DNA of 63,215 nt, filler included, from Reticulomyxa filosa (taxonomy: Eukaryota; Protista; Foraminifera): the NCBI GenBank assembly GCA_000512085.1. It is 17 parts of 17 records of this genome, joined end to end, with 100 filler letters (N's around TTAATTAATTAA, not from the genome) between each part and the next. Parts side by side here need not be neighbours in the genome. Positions count along the whole stretch, not along the records: positions 53,476 to 54,980 come from ASPP01022522.1; positions 55,081 to 56,183 come from ASPP01017995.1; positions 56,284 to 59,905 come from ASPP01005905.1; positions 60,006 to 63,215 come from ASPP01001608.1; 13 more parts are not named here. One strand, 5' to 3'. The position numbers were made by a program, and so were the translations under genes. Below the pieces are notes generated by a model that did no database searches, was not told the DNA's origin, and was given only the letters and a program-made list of their open reading frames with translations. Positions 53,476 to 63,215 of this stretch are shown here, piece after piece. How positions within the stretch are numbered: position 1 is the stretch's first letter; each line of letters begins with the position of its first letter.

Positions 53476-54980
53476 AAATACGATTAAACAATCCTTGGCA
53501 TTAGTTTGGTCGGCCTGAAGATGATTCCCAAAAGTACAGTCGACTAATGCACATGACGAAATTGTGCTTGGTGTCGACGATGATATTGACATCCATCCAA
53601 TGCAAGCTTGTTCGGTTCATCATCATTGATATCATTGCTGGAGCATTGTCCACAAATTATTCAAATTTTCATCCATAAAAATTGTGTTGGCATAGCTGGA
53701 TCGACTGTGGACTGTTCAGTCTCTATAATGTTATGTTTTTGTATTATATTTTTTTAACAAGCAAAAATAAAAAGATATATCAATTAACTGCACTTGTGGC
53801 TGCACTGGATCCCGGCTCTTGGAGTAATTTCTCCAATAAAATAAAATTTAAAAACAATAATTTTTTTCTTTCTTATCTTTTTTTTTTTATTTCTCTTTGT
53901 TGTCTTTTTTTTTTTCATTTATTATTTTTCTTTTTCCAATCTTAAATTTATTCTTCATTTTTTCTTTTATTTTCTTTTTTTCTTATATCCCTTTTTCTTT
54001 TTTCTTCAACATTTTTCTTTTTCTTATCTCTTTTTCTTTTCATTATTATTCCATTTTTTTTTATCACAATTTTTTCTCCCCCCTATTGTCACATTTTTTC
54101 CCCCCCTTATTGTTCTATTTTCCCCCCCCCTCATACATTCAATTTTTTCTATTTATTTTCCAACTTTAAAAAACATATTGCGCCGGACATCTATAAACGC
54201 ACAAACAAAATTATATTTTATAATTTTTAAAGATCAAACAAAAAACAAAAAATACTTACTGTTCAGTTGATCTAGATCCATCTCTATTTTCCTATAAAAA
54301 AAACACTAACAAACATTTTGGGGGGAATGAAAGACAAAAGACAAAAGACAAAACATAAAATAAATTATTTTTCTTTGCGCGGGGGAAGTCCTATTTTGTC
54401 ACAAACACACAACAACATTTTATGACAAAAGAAAAAAATATATACAAACATAAACAAACCTTTATCCCTAATATCGGGTGCTGGGTAGATTTCGACCCCA
54501 ATTATTTGTGTGTGTGGAGAATGGGGAATATACTTAACAATCTTTGCGGTCGGGGGATTACTATATCACAAAACACACGACAAATGAATATATTTTTAAA
54601 AAAATAAAAAAAAACAAACTTATTTTTCTCCTTTCGGAGACGGGGTGGATTCTACCCGTTTATTCTTTTTTTTCATCACAGCGGGACTGTCTAAACAAGA
54701 CAAACATCAATTATTATTATACGTCAAATAACAAATAAATAAACAAACGTATACTATATTAAAATATTGCAAAAAGTGTTACCATCTCTTTGAAGTGGCC
54801 ATTGATTGTCGTTATTGCCACTTCAACAAACACTAACATCTTCTGATTCAGCCCTTCGCCGTTGTGGTCATTGTCACTTTACTCGGCTGGCTATACACGT
54901 ACACACATAATGACATAATGTCACATTTGTTTTTTTTGTTTAGAATTTTTAAAAAAACAACATAAAAACAGTTATACCTG
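53476..54980 (-). pseudogene. Decayed micro-exon-rich locus paralogous to 47290-47994
   Basis: Series of short minus-strand exons bounded by TAG| and |GT; in-frame stops in the Lys-rich exon; colinear similarity to contig 11. Confidence 0.55.
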
Positions 54981-55102
54981 NNNNNNNNNNNNNNNNNNNN
55001 NNNNNNNNNNNNNNNNNNNNNNNNTTAATTAATTAANNNNNNNNNNNNNNNNNNNNNNNNNNNNNNNNNNNNNNNNNNNNTTTTTTGTTAACAAATGCTT
55101 TA

Positions 55103-56141
55103 GGCTTTGATACAAGGAAAAAATATCAAGGAAATCGCATTGGATTCGTTAATTGACGATTCGAAAGCTAAACGTTTGGAAAAAAATCTTCCTTCGTTGG
55201 AAAGTTATAACTTTGTTTTGTTTTCTTCAAAAAAAAAAAATAATAATAATGTGTGTGGTGAGTATGGACGACATTGCACGAAAAAGTTTGAGTGTATACA
55301 TAATAATTATATATACACATATATATGTATACATATATACATATATATTTGTGTGATATGATAGAATGCAGTGAAGAGTTTCGAAGTGTGTTGTCGACGT
55401 TCAAAGCGGAAACAACGATGAAGGACAAAAGTGAACTCGACAACACGCACAAAACCAAAGAAAAAGAGTCGTTTTGGAAGAAAGTCTATCAAAATGCAAG
55501 TGAAGACTCCAAAGCGAAGCAATTGGCAGAAATGTTTTCAATTCCTGTCGAAGCTGCCCAAATGGCCATTGAAACTTATGGGTATGTCGAAATTCCATCC
55601 TTTTTTTTTTGTTTTGTGATATTGACTTTGCATTCGTTGCGAAAAATCTTGGAGGAAAAAAAACAAACAAACATGCACGGCTGCGTGCAATATATGGATC
55701 TGTTCTATTCGCGAAAATAGGTACGAAAAAGCAGTGACGGAATTGTCCGATGTAGAGGCACGCGAACACTTTTTGGCAATGGTATCGACCGACAAAGACG
55801 AAACGTTTGAAAAAGTGGAGGATTTCTTAGGGTCGTTTGGTGGAGAGAATAGCATTACCACGAAAGACAAAAAGCAAGGCAAAGCTGGAATATTGGGGTT
55901 TTTCACCAATTCCAAAAAAGGCAGCGGGGATGAGGAGTTGAAAGATATAGAACCGATGATGCGCACGCAATCAGAAAACAATATCCAAGTAGTTAATCCA
56001 CAACACATGTTGCGAACAATTGCTGTTATGATGCAACACAATTTCTTATTACGCGTGCTCACCTTTGCTTTAAAAGTGCTGATGAACGGTAATAAGTTTT
56101 GCATGATTTGTGATGATCCATTGGATTTTGCTGGATTAAAG
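55103..56141 (+). CDS. PARP6/PARP8-like mono-ADP-ribosyltransferase fragment with a UBA-like segment (partial both ends)
   Basis: HNFLLRVLTFALKVLMNGNKFCMICDDPLDFAGLK matches the PARP6/8 pre-catalytic Cys motif (FL.....Y...ri...n.yCvvCD.p......lKP); KQLAEMFSIPVEAAQMAIETYG|YEKAVTEL is UBA-like. Confidence 0.7.
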
Positions 56142-56488
56142 GTTCGATTATTAATCAATATATACATACATATATGTATATATNNNNNNNNNNNNNNNNN
56201 NNNNNNNNNNNNNNNNNNNNNNNNNNNTTAATTAATTAANNNNNNNNNNNNNNNNNNNNNNNNNNNNNNNNNNNNNNNNNNNNGCATTTATTAGTTTTTA
56301 ATTGCTGTTAAAATCAAAAATATCACTCAAGTTCTACAAAATCTTTTTGTTTATGAAAAGATAATCCCTTAAAAGACTATCATTTATATACATTTTTTTG
56401 TTTGAAAAGGTTGAAATGGTTAGAATTGTCGCACCTACTCACTTTGCAAAAAAAATTAAAAGGAGTCGATCAAGCCGAAAAAAGCGAC

Positions 56489-57378
56489 ATGTCCATCTTC
56501 AGTGAACAATCAGCCCAACAACAGAAGAAATTTGACTTTAAAGTTTTAATTCAAAACAACTTCTTTTCCACCTACTGAATATAATCAAAATATAATTCCA
56601 AACAAAATAACACAGGTCAGACCAGCAAAGAAAGGTACTACGAAACAATAACATCGGTTGCCTTATATGTATACATATATAAACAAATACATTGATTTGT
56701 TGAACTTTTGTATTTAGATCAACAGCCAAAAGCACACAATTTTTTGTATTCTGCTGATCGAGTGGCATAGGCGATGAAACTCAGCTGTGTGAATTATATA
56801 GTGCACAGTACCCAGAGAAGATTCAGCAACAGTATAAATCGATACGAAAGTATGTAAAAAAGGCATTGAAAAGTGATCTGTCGGACATTGACAAATATTA
56901 CTTGAGCAAAGAAGCTTATGGATTTTGGGTCGCAGTGTTGTCGGACGATACGTCCGACAAGGATGCCCAAGTGCAAGAAGGGAAGATCATTGGAATGATC
57001 GGAGTGCAAGAAAACAAGTCATGGTTTGATCACAACTCGCAAAATGACAAACTCCACAAAGCTGAAATAGTTCGATTGGGTGTTCATGAAAGTCATCGCA
57101 AATGTGGTGTCGGAACCGCGCTGCTGCAACACTTACTTGCATTTTGCAAAAGTTGCAAGTATGACTTGATCGTGGCGACGACCATGAATGTTTTGCCGGA
57201 TGCCATAGCTTTTTATGAGACAAATGGGTTTGAGCGGCTGCACACTGAGCTTTGTGCATCTGCAACACAGTCTCATCCACCCTCTTCTTATCCATGTCAC
57301 AAAGGTGACAATTCCACATACTCACTTCAGTTCTTGCGCTATGCTTTAAAAATTGACTCTAAACTTATTCGAGATTAA
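56489..57378 (+). CDS. NAT8/camello-like GNAT N-acetyltransferase (5' exon structure uncertain)
   Basis: YVKKALKSDLSDIDKYYL..FWVA, IIGMIG, AEIVRLGVHESHRKCGVG (AcCoA motif A), AIAFYETNGF (motif B). Confidence 0.88.
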
Positions 57379-59866
57379 TTTTTTCGAAAGAAATAGTCCC
57401 ACAAATGAGTAATAAATAATCAACAGAAAAAAAAAATGCCAAAACTGACATTTGCAAATTTTGTTCATAAAAAAAGCAATATTTTTGAAAATAATATCTT
57501 TAAGTCATCCAAAATATGTTTGGTTTTTAAATTTTGAAAAGGAAAAAATTGTGATTTTTGTTAAAACAGTTTGACTTCTACACTATGTAGATTTTACAAA
57601 CGTTTGTAGTTATTGATTTTAAAAGATATTTTTTGCTGTTGATTGCAAAAATTGACAGTAACTTTTTTTGATTTGTTGAAAAATCGATACAAATTTTTTG
57701 CTTTACATGAAGGTCAGGACGTTAAATCTACCGATTTCGGACGATATGCAAAGTTAGTAAATTTATTGAACGGTTAGTGTTTATGAACATTTTTCTTTTT
57801 TACTTTTTTTAAATAGATTATTTTATTTCATTTTTTAGTATTAAATCCGTATTGTTTTGCAATAATTTCAACAGCCTTATCACTACGAAATCATGCTTAT
57901 TTTCAAATATTGTAAGATTTGAGTCGTATATTGTATTTGTATGTCTTGCATATTCGTATATGTTTCTAGTATGTTTTTAAAATAAACTTGAATTTGTTGA
58001 TATTTTGATGTTCATATTTGTAAGTTTTTAATGAACATAATTTGATATTTGATAGTAACATATACCACAAAAAAGAAGTTGACATATAAAGATGCAACAT
58101 ATCACTTTTATTGTTGCTCCACATATGAGTGTCACATGACCTAGAGTTTATATAAGATTACGTCATATAGTTTTCTCAAAGTTATTTATCATTAACTGAC
58201 GAAGCATTAAGTTAAAGTATAGCTTTATTAACTTTATAGCATCGACATTTTTGGCAAAACGCATTATTTGTATAATATGATACATATATTGCAAATGATG
58301 TTATACTTGCACAATAATTTGCGCTGAAAGTAGAAGTGCGCAGTAGAAATTACAAAGAATAATACAAAAAGATTGCGATTTCACTATTGACTCAAATCGT
58401 GAGAATTCAAATTGGAACATATAATTCTGCGATTTATTGACATTTTTGCCAAACAAGTCACTAAACAAAGTATTGACTCTTTGACTATACTCAATAATAT
58501 CAAAAAGACGAGTTTTCTGGTCAAGCTGTTAAGTCATACGAAGATTCTGAAAGATAATGAGAAAATTGACTTTCGACAAAAACATTTTGAAACATATGGT
58601 TAATCAAATCCGAACAATACATTACAATGACATGTAGACTCAAATACAGAGACTAAGAGAAAAAGCTGAACTTAAAGATAATCATATTAATACAAGCTTC
58701 AAATTTATAAACAGTTATAAATATAATATAATATTAATTTGTAAGTGATTTAATTAAGTACGCTTGGAAAAGACTAAATCTTAAAAGATAATGTACATCA
58801 ATGTCTAGTCAATACAGTATTACAATTTGAGCTTGTTTTAGTTCAAAAAGTGTTGTGCATACAAGTTAATCACATCACAAAATTTAATACATAAATAAAA
58901 TTCAAATTCCAAAAAAAAATTTCAAAAACTACTAAAGATAGAATGCTAACTCTTTTTTAAAAGTATCCACGACTTGAAGATTCTTAAAAAAGATTTAAAA
59001 ATTGCATCTTAATAATAATACAGTTTTGATTTATGTGAGTTCATGTAAAATTTTGAAAATTATATGAAAAACCAATTATTGTAATAACATAGAAAAAGCT
59101 TTTAAAAAACAAATTTCATATTTAAAAACTGTAGATTTGCATATATTTTAAAATTTATTTTTCATGAACAAATATATTCTGTTCATATAGTTGCTATTTA
59201 TGTATGTCAGTTTGTTTTGTACCAATAGTTCATTATCTGATTTTTGCCAGTTCATTGACATTTGTCAAATTTTTTTGATATCTTCAACTGTTATTTTCTT
59301 TATTTATTTCATTATTGGTTTTCCTACATTACATATATTTATATTCTTCTTTCAAAATGAAATTCGTTATATCATTAGTTGAATAGATCATTATTTTGTG
59401 TTAATTTATAACATATTATAAAGTTATGTTGTATATTTTGAACGATTTAAAAGCTTTAATTAAATAATTTGATATTACTGTTATGTTAGTGTATGGCAAG
59501 TCCATATTACACATGGCTGAACACTTATGGAACTGATGAGCTCACATTGTGTTAAACTTTTCCAACAACTTTTTTCACTTATTGTTTGTTTTCTTCTTAA
59601 TTATTGAGTTATTCATTTTGGTTATTTAATTTACTTTGTTTTAATGAAAGCAGCTCTCAATTCGAGTAAAATCTTTTCGTATTACATTTAGTGTATCTTT
59701 CTACAGTAGACACCACTACATTAGTCACTTAATGTAAGCTACAACTTTTCTGTCAATTCAATTTGACACATTGCATGAGCTAATATAAATTTGCTAAAAT
59801 CACTTTTAATCATGTATTTGCATTTTGTGCTATTGAATGTTGCAATGTGTAAATTAATTCATATTA

Positions 59867-59905
59867 TACAGTATGTTGCAAAGAAAACTGAACGCCTAAA
59901 ACATA
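59867..59905 (+). mobile_element. Second copy of the putative Tc1/mariner-type terminus
   Basis: TACAGTATGTTGCAAAGAAAACTGAACGCCTAAAAC identical to 50742-50777, at contig end. Confidence 0.7.
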
Positions 59906-61234
59906 NNNNNNNNNNNNNNNNNNNNNNNNNNNNNNNNNNNNNNNNNNNNTTAATTAATTAANNNNNNNNNNNNNNNNNNNNNNNNNNNNNNNNNNNNNNN
60001 NNNNNGCAATATGAAAACATGTCCAAATAATTCACACCGATCAAATGCACACAGTGAGTATAACTAAATTTTATATGCATTTCACGAACTCACTTAAATA
60101 ACTTGAAAATTCTTTCATTTGTGAATCTCCTTGCTATACATTGTAAAAGAATTTGTTTTTCAATCATCACGTGCAAGGAACGATACATATTTCACTATTT
60201 TGCAATGATAAATTATCTCTGGGTCCATGTTTAAATTATTCAACGTTTAGCTTTGCGGATGACAACGTTGTACATCTTATTTTTGTCTGTATTAATTTCA
60301 TTTTTGTTCAAAACTTTAACAGAATAGAAATTAAATTGTATTCATATGTATCTTGTTTTGCAAACATTAATGTATGATTTTTTTTAGTTACGTGCCAAAC
60401 AGGATAATAACGTCTTGTTGTTCTCGAAATGTGATGAACAATACTTAATTTTTTTAAAGTGTCGTAGTTTAGACTTCATTTTTTTCTCGTTGATCTTTGC
60501 TCGTGTTTACAATTAAAAAAATATACATGATAAAATTTCACAATTAATGTATGTCAAGCATGTACAAAACTTACCACTATTTGATCAAGTTATTTTGCGA
60601 ATAAAAACCAGTTGATGAAAAAAATTATCTTTAGAATATTTTTGAAAAACCATGTATTAAACAACATTTATGATAATTTTGCAGTTAAATGATATTATCT
60701 GTTCATTTTTTTGTATATGTGTAAATAAATAAAAAAGTATATTTGATGAACTATAATCTTAAAAAGTTCATTTTTGCGACTATTTCCCAAGCCGAATTTC
60801 TGACAAATAGAAAAGATGAAAAAACAAATAACATCTTGATATTAAAGTAAATATCATATAGATAATTTATATATGTAATGATCCTGAAAAAGTTATATTG
60901 CAACTGTTGCAATTGATATACTTTATGATTTGACAATACGTGTCCCAGTGTTGTGTTATTTAATTTTAGAACATTTAGATATTGACTATATAAAGAAGCA
61001 AAATTAGTTTTTGAAATTAATTATTAATCAGCTTGCCCATATGCGTCGCAGAACATCCAATACATTATTGTCTACTAACTTGTTGTTGAATTACACTAAA
61101 TTCATTTATTGATATATAACATTTGATTTACAAAATTTATCTGAAATAATTATTTACAAACTAATAATATTTCTTCAAATTTTGATCATATTTATATGAT
61201 TATTTTGAGAAAAAAAGAAAATAATAAATGAATA

Positions 61235-61259
61235 ACCGCTTAACTATATGTTAAGCGGT
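61235..61259. repeat. Perfect 10-bp inverted repeat ACCGCTTAAC-TATAT-GTTAAGCGGT
   Basis: Seen directly in the sequence. Confidence 0.85.
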
Positions 61260-62145
61260 ATTCAAGTCCACAAATCATAAATGATAAAACATAGTATTTA
61301 AGCAATATATTGTGAAAAACCACATATGATCTTAATGAATATATTTTATTAATATATATATACTTTTAATTATCCTTTTTAAGTTTTCATGAAATACACT
61401 TTTTATTTTGGTAAAAAATTTTTTTTATCATAATGAATTATTTATTTATTGCAATTGTTTGTTTCAATGAAATAAGTGCAGATAAATAAAGTCAATTTGA
61501 TTGATTTGTGAATCACAAACAAAATTGATCACTTCCACTAGTTTAGACTTTATGATTACTGTCTTAAGTCTAATTATTCAAAGCATATCGTTCAATCGTG
61601 TCAAACGACGTAAAAAAATTAATTGTAATTACTATAGCAAGCTAGCTTGTTTGTGATGTTTATTGAATTTAGTCCCACTGATGTGGTGAACGACGCAAGT
61701 ATGCCAGTGACAGCTGAATTGTAAGTTTTGTAAAAAAATTTTTGAACTTTTTTAATTGATAAATTTTTCATTCGCAAACTATTCGAGTGGAAAATATTAT
61801 TTTAAAAAAATTTCAGAAATTCTACCTAATTCTAGATATAAGAATTATATAATGCTAATTATTAAATCCAAGTTGTAATAGTAGTTATACTATGTAAATA
61901 TTTTTCAGCTTAGGAGCAAATCGTCCAAAGCTGTTTAAATGCTAGTGGTGTTGAACTGAGCTAAAATATTGTTGAAAAAAAAGGAAATGGGAGCAATATG
62001 ATAAGAGTTCGACGTGATTGAAAAAAAAAGCAAGTGAGTCTTTTATTGTAGGAGGATATACGTATTGTTATGTAGAAATGCACAAAAGAAATGGCATATA
62101 TAAATTACTGAAGCGATGGAAAAAGACACCCATAAAAAAAAAAAA

Positions 62146-63177
62146 TCATATTGCACATTGAGAAGAGAGTGGATATAGTTGGAGTGTGTTGGTCAAAGTA
62201 TGTCGAAAGACAGTAAGATTGTGACTATTGCGTAAAGAGGACAACAAGGAAGGGAAGATGTATTGAACAGCGTGTGTAACGACAAGTTGTGTTTGGAAGG
62301 TATCAACAACCCCATAGCATTGTAAGACCGTGACGGAAGAAGGAGGAAGAACAGACAGAGTATTGAATTTGGCATGAAAAAGAAGAGTGTTCCACCACAA
62401 GGGATCAAGTAAAGAAGAGTGAAAAGCAGACCTCCATTCAGAGTTTTGTGAAAATTTCCAAAACAACATCCAAGCAAAAATGCTATGGTGTAGTTCATCA
62501 TTTGCAATTGCAAGCACATCATCTGACAAGCGAAGCAGCAGCCATTTCATGGGATCATCAGAAGGCAGTGCCATTTCGCATTGTCGAATGTTATGCACTT
62601 CTTGCGCCAACAGCAAAGCGGATATGGTTTCATGAAAGCATCCATCCACAATAATCTGCGCCACATCACGAGCATGTTTCAATCCGATAGTCAAGTTGTG
62701 ACTGGGCAAAGGGCCAGGCGCAAAGACCTGCCATTGCAAGGACGTCGTGGTCAATTGCATATCAGCGGAGCGCATTCTCCAAACATTGTGAAAGCAATTT
62801 GCATAATGGAAAGCAATTTGCGTATGTCTGAGTTCGTCCGTCTGAGCCTGGATCGCAAAGGACAGCCATTCCACGTCCATGTTTCCTTCATCCATTGTCA
62901 TCAGCTCCAACATCAACTTGTTGAAAGACGCTATGCTGGCATGTTCGTGCACGCCACGTTCCAACCACTTGTCCCTCAAATACGTCCATATCTCCGTCGC
63001 ATTTGCATTCGTCATCCCATCCCAATGCGTCAAGCTCTTCTCTACACACACTTTCAATTGTCTCATCTCATGTGAGTCCGAGTCGTCTCCATTCGTTATC
63101 CTCACTTTGCCTTCCAATTGCATTGCTTCTTTTTCTATCTCCCCATGGTATGGTCTTCCTTCGTAATAATATTTTCG
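62146..63177 (-). CDS. Ferritin-like di-iron protein of the myxobacterial 'GRP...EHAS' type (last exon, 5'-partial)
   Basis: EGRP, WLERGVHEHASIASFNKLMLEL, DELRH, PGPLP, DGCFHETISAL, IANDELHHSIFAW: E / ExxH / E / ExxH four-helix di-iron pattern. Confidence 0.8.
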   Translation of the reverse strand, partial: RKYYYEGRPYHGEIEKEAMQLEGKVRITNGDDSDSHEMRQLKVCVEKSLTHWDGMTNANATEIWTYLRDKWLERGVHEHASIASFNKLMLELMTMDEGNMDVEWLSFAIQAQTDELRHTQIAFHYANCFHNVWRMRSADMQLTTTSLQWQVFAPGPLPSHNLTIGLKHARDVAQIIVDGCFHETISALLLAQEVHNIRQCEMALPSDDPMKWLLLRLSDDVLAIANDELHHSIFAWMLFWKFSQNSEWRSAFHSSLLDPLWWNTLLFHAKFNTLSVLPPSSVTVLQCYGVVDTFQTQLVVTHAVQYIFPSLLSSLRNSHNLTVFRHTLTNTLQLYPLSSQCAI

Positions 63178-63178
63178 C

Positions 63179-63215
<37 letters not shown>

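Noticed and set aside
53790-53840. Minus-strand GAGCCG and a GAAA tetraloop suggesting a group II intron domain V
   Set aside because: The sequence after GAGCCG cannot form the DV stem, and the region parses as short spliceosomal exons and introns.
1-63215. An operon-like system spanning the window, plus tRNA, rRNA or CRISPR features
   Set aside because: The genes lie on separate concatenated eukaryotic contigs, so cross-spacer linkage is invalid; no cloverleaf, rRNA or repeat-spacer array was seen.

Overview
AT-rich eukaryotic genomic DNA, not a prokaryotic locus. It is 17 unrelated draft contigs joined by an artificial 100-bp spacer (N44-TTAATTAATTAA-N44, 16 copies), so neighbourhood across spacers is meaningless. 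Short GT-AG introns full of A/T homopolymers and (TA)n, a very divergent alpha-tubulin, and the WD40, HSPA12 and RNF213-like genes suggest a foraminiferan/rhizarian such as Reticulomyxa filosa (inference, not a database result). Recognisable genes: POT1-like OB-fold protein, MMPL/RND transporter, G-protein beta-like, RNF213-like giant protein, divergent alpha-tubulin, casein kinase 1, multi-LOTUS(OST-HTH)+RRM protein, Aa_trans transporter, Cid1/TENT-family nucleotidyltransferase, VIT-domain protein, HSPA12-like Hsp70, decayed vWA-Hsp70 fusion, serine palmitoyltransferase LCB1, WD40 protein, PARP6/8-like, NAT8-like GNAT and a myxobacterial-type ferritin-like protein. Most notable observations: (1) an alpha-tubulin with its GTPase-activating T7/H8 residues rewritten (E254D, D251T); (2) many introns that end in poly(A)-G instead of a pyrimidine tract, some with a complementary poly(T) near the donor; (3) a TA-flanked CAGT-starting repeat terminus at which 4 of 17 contigs break; (4) two paralogous, decayed, micro-exon-rich loci on separate contigs; (5) the multi-LOTUS RNA-binding protein. 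All family assignments come from motif recognition by eye. Several single-base frameshifts in homopolymers are probably sequencing errors.
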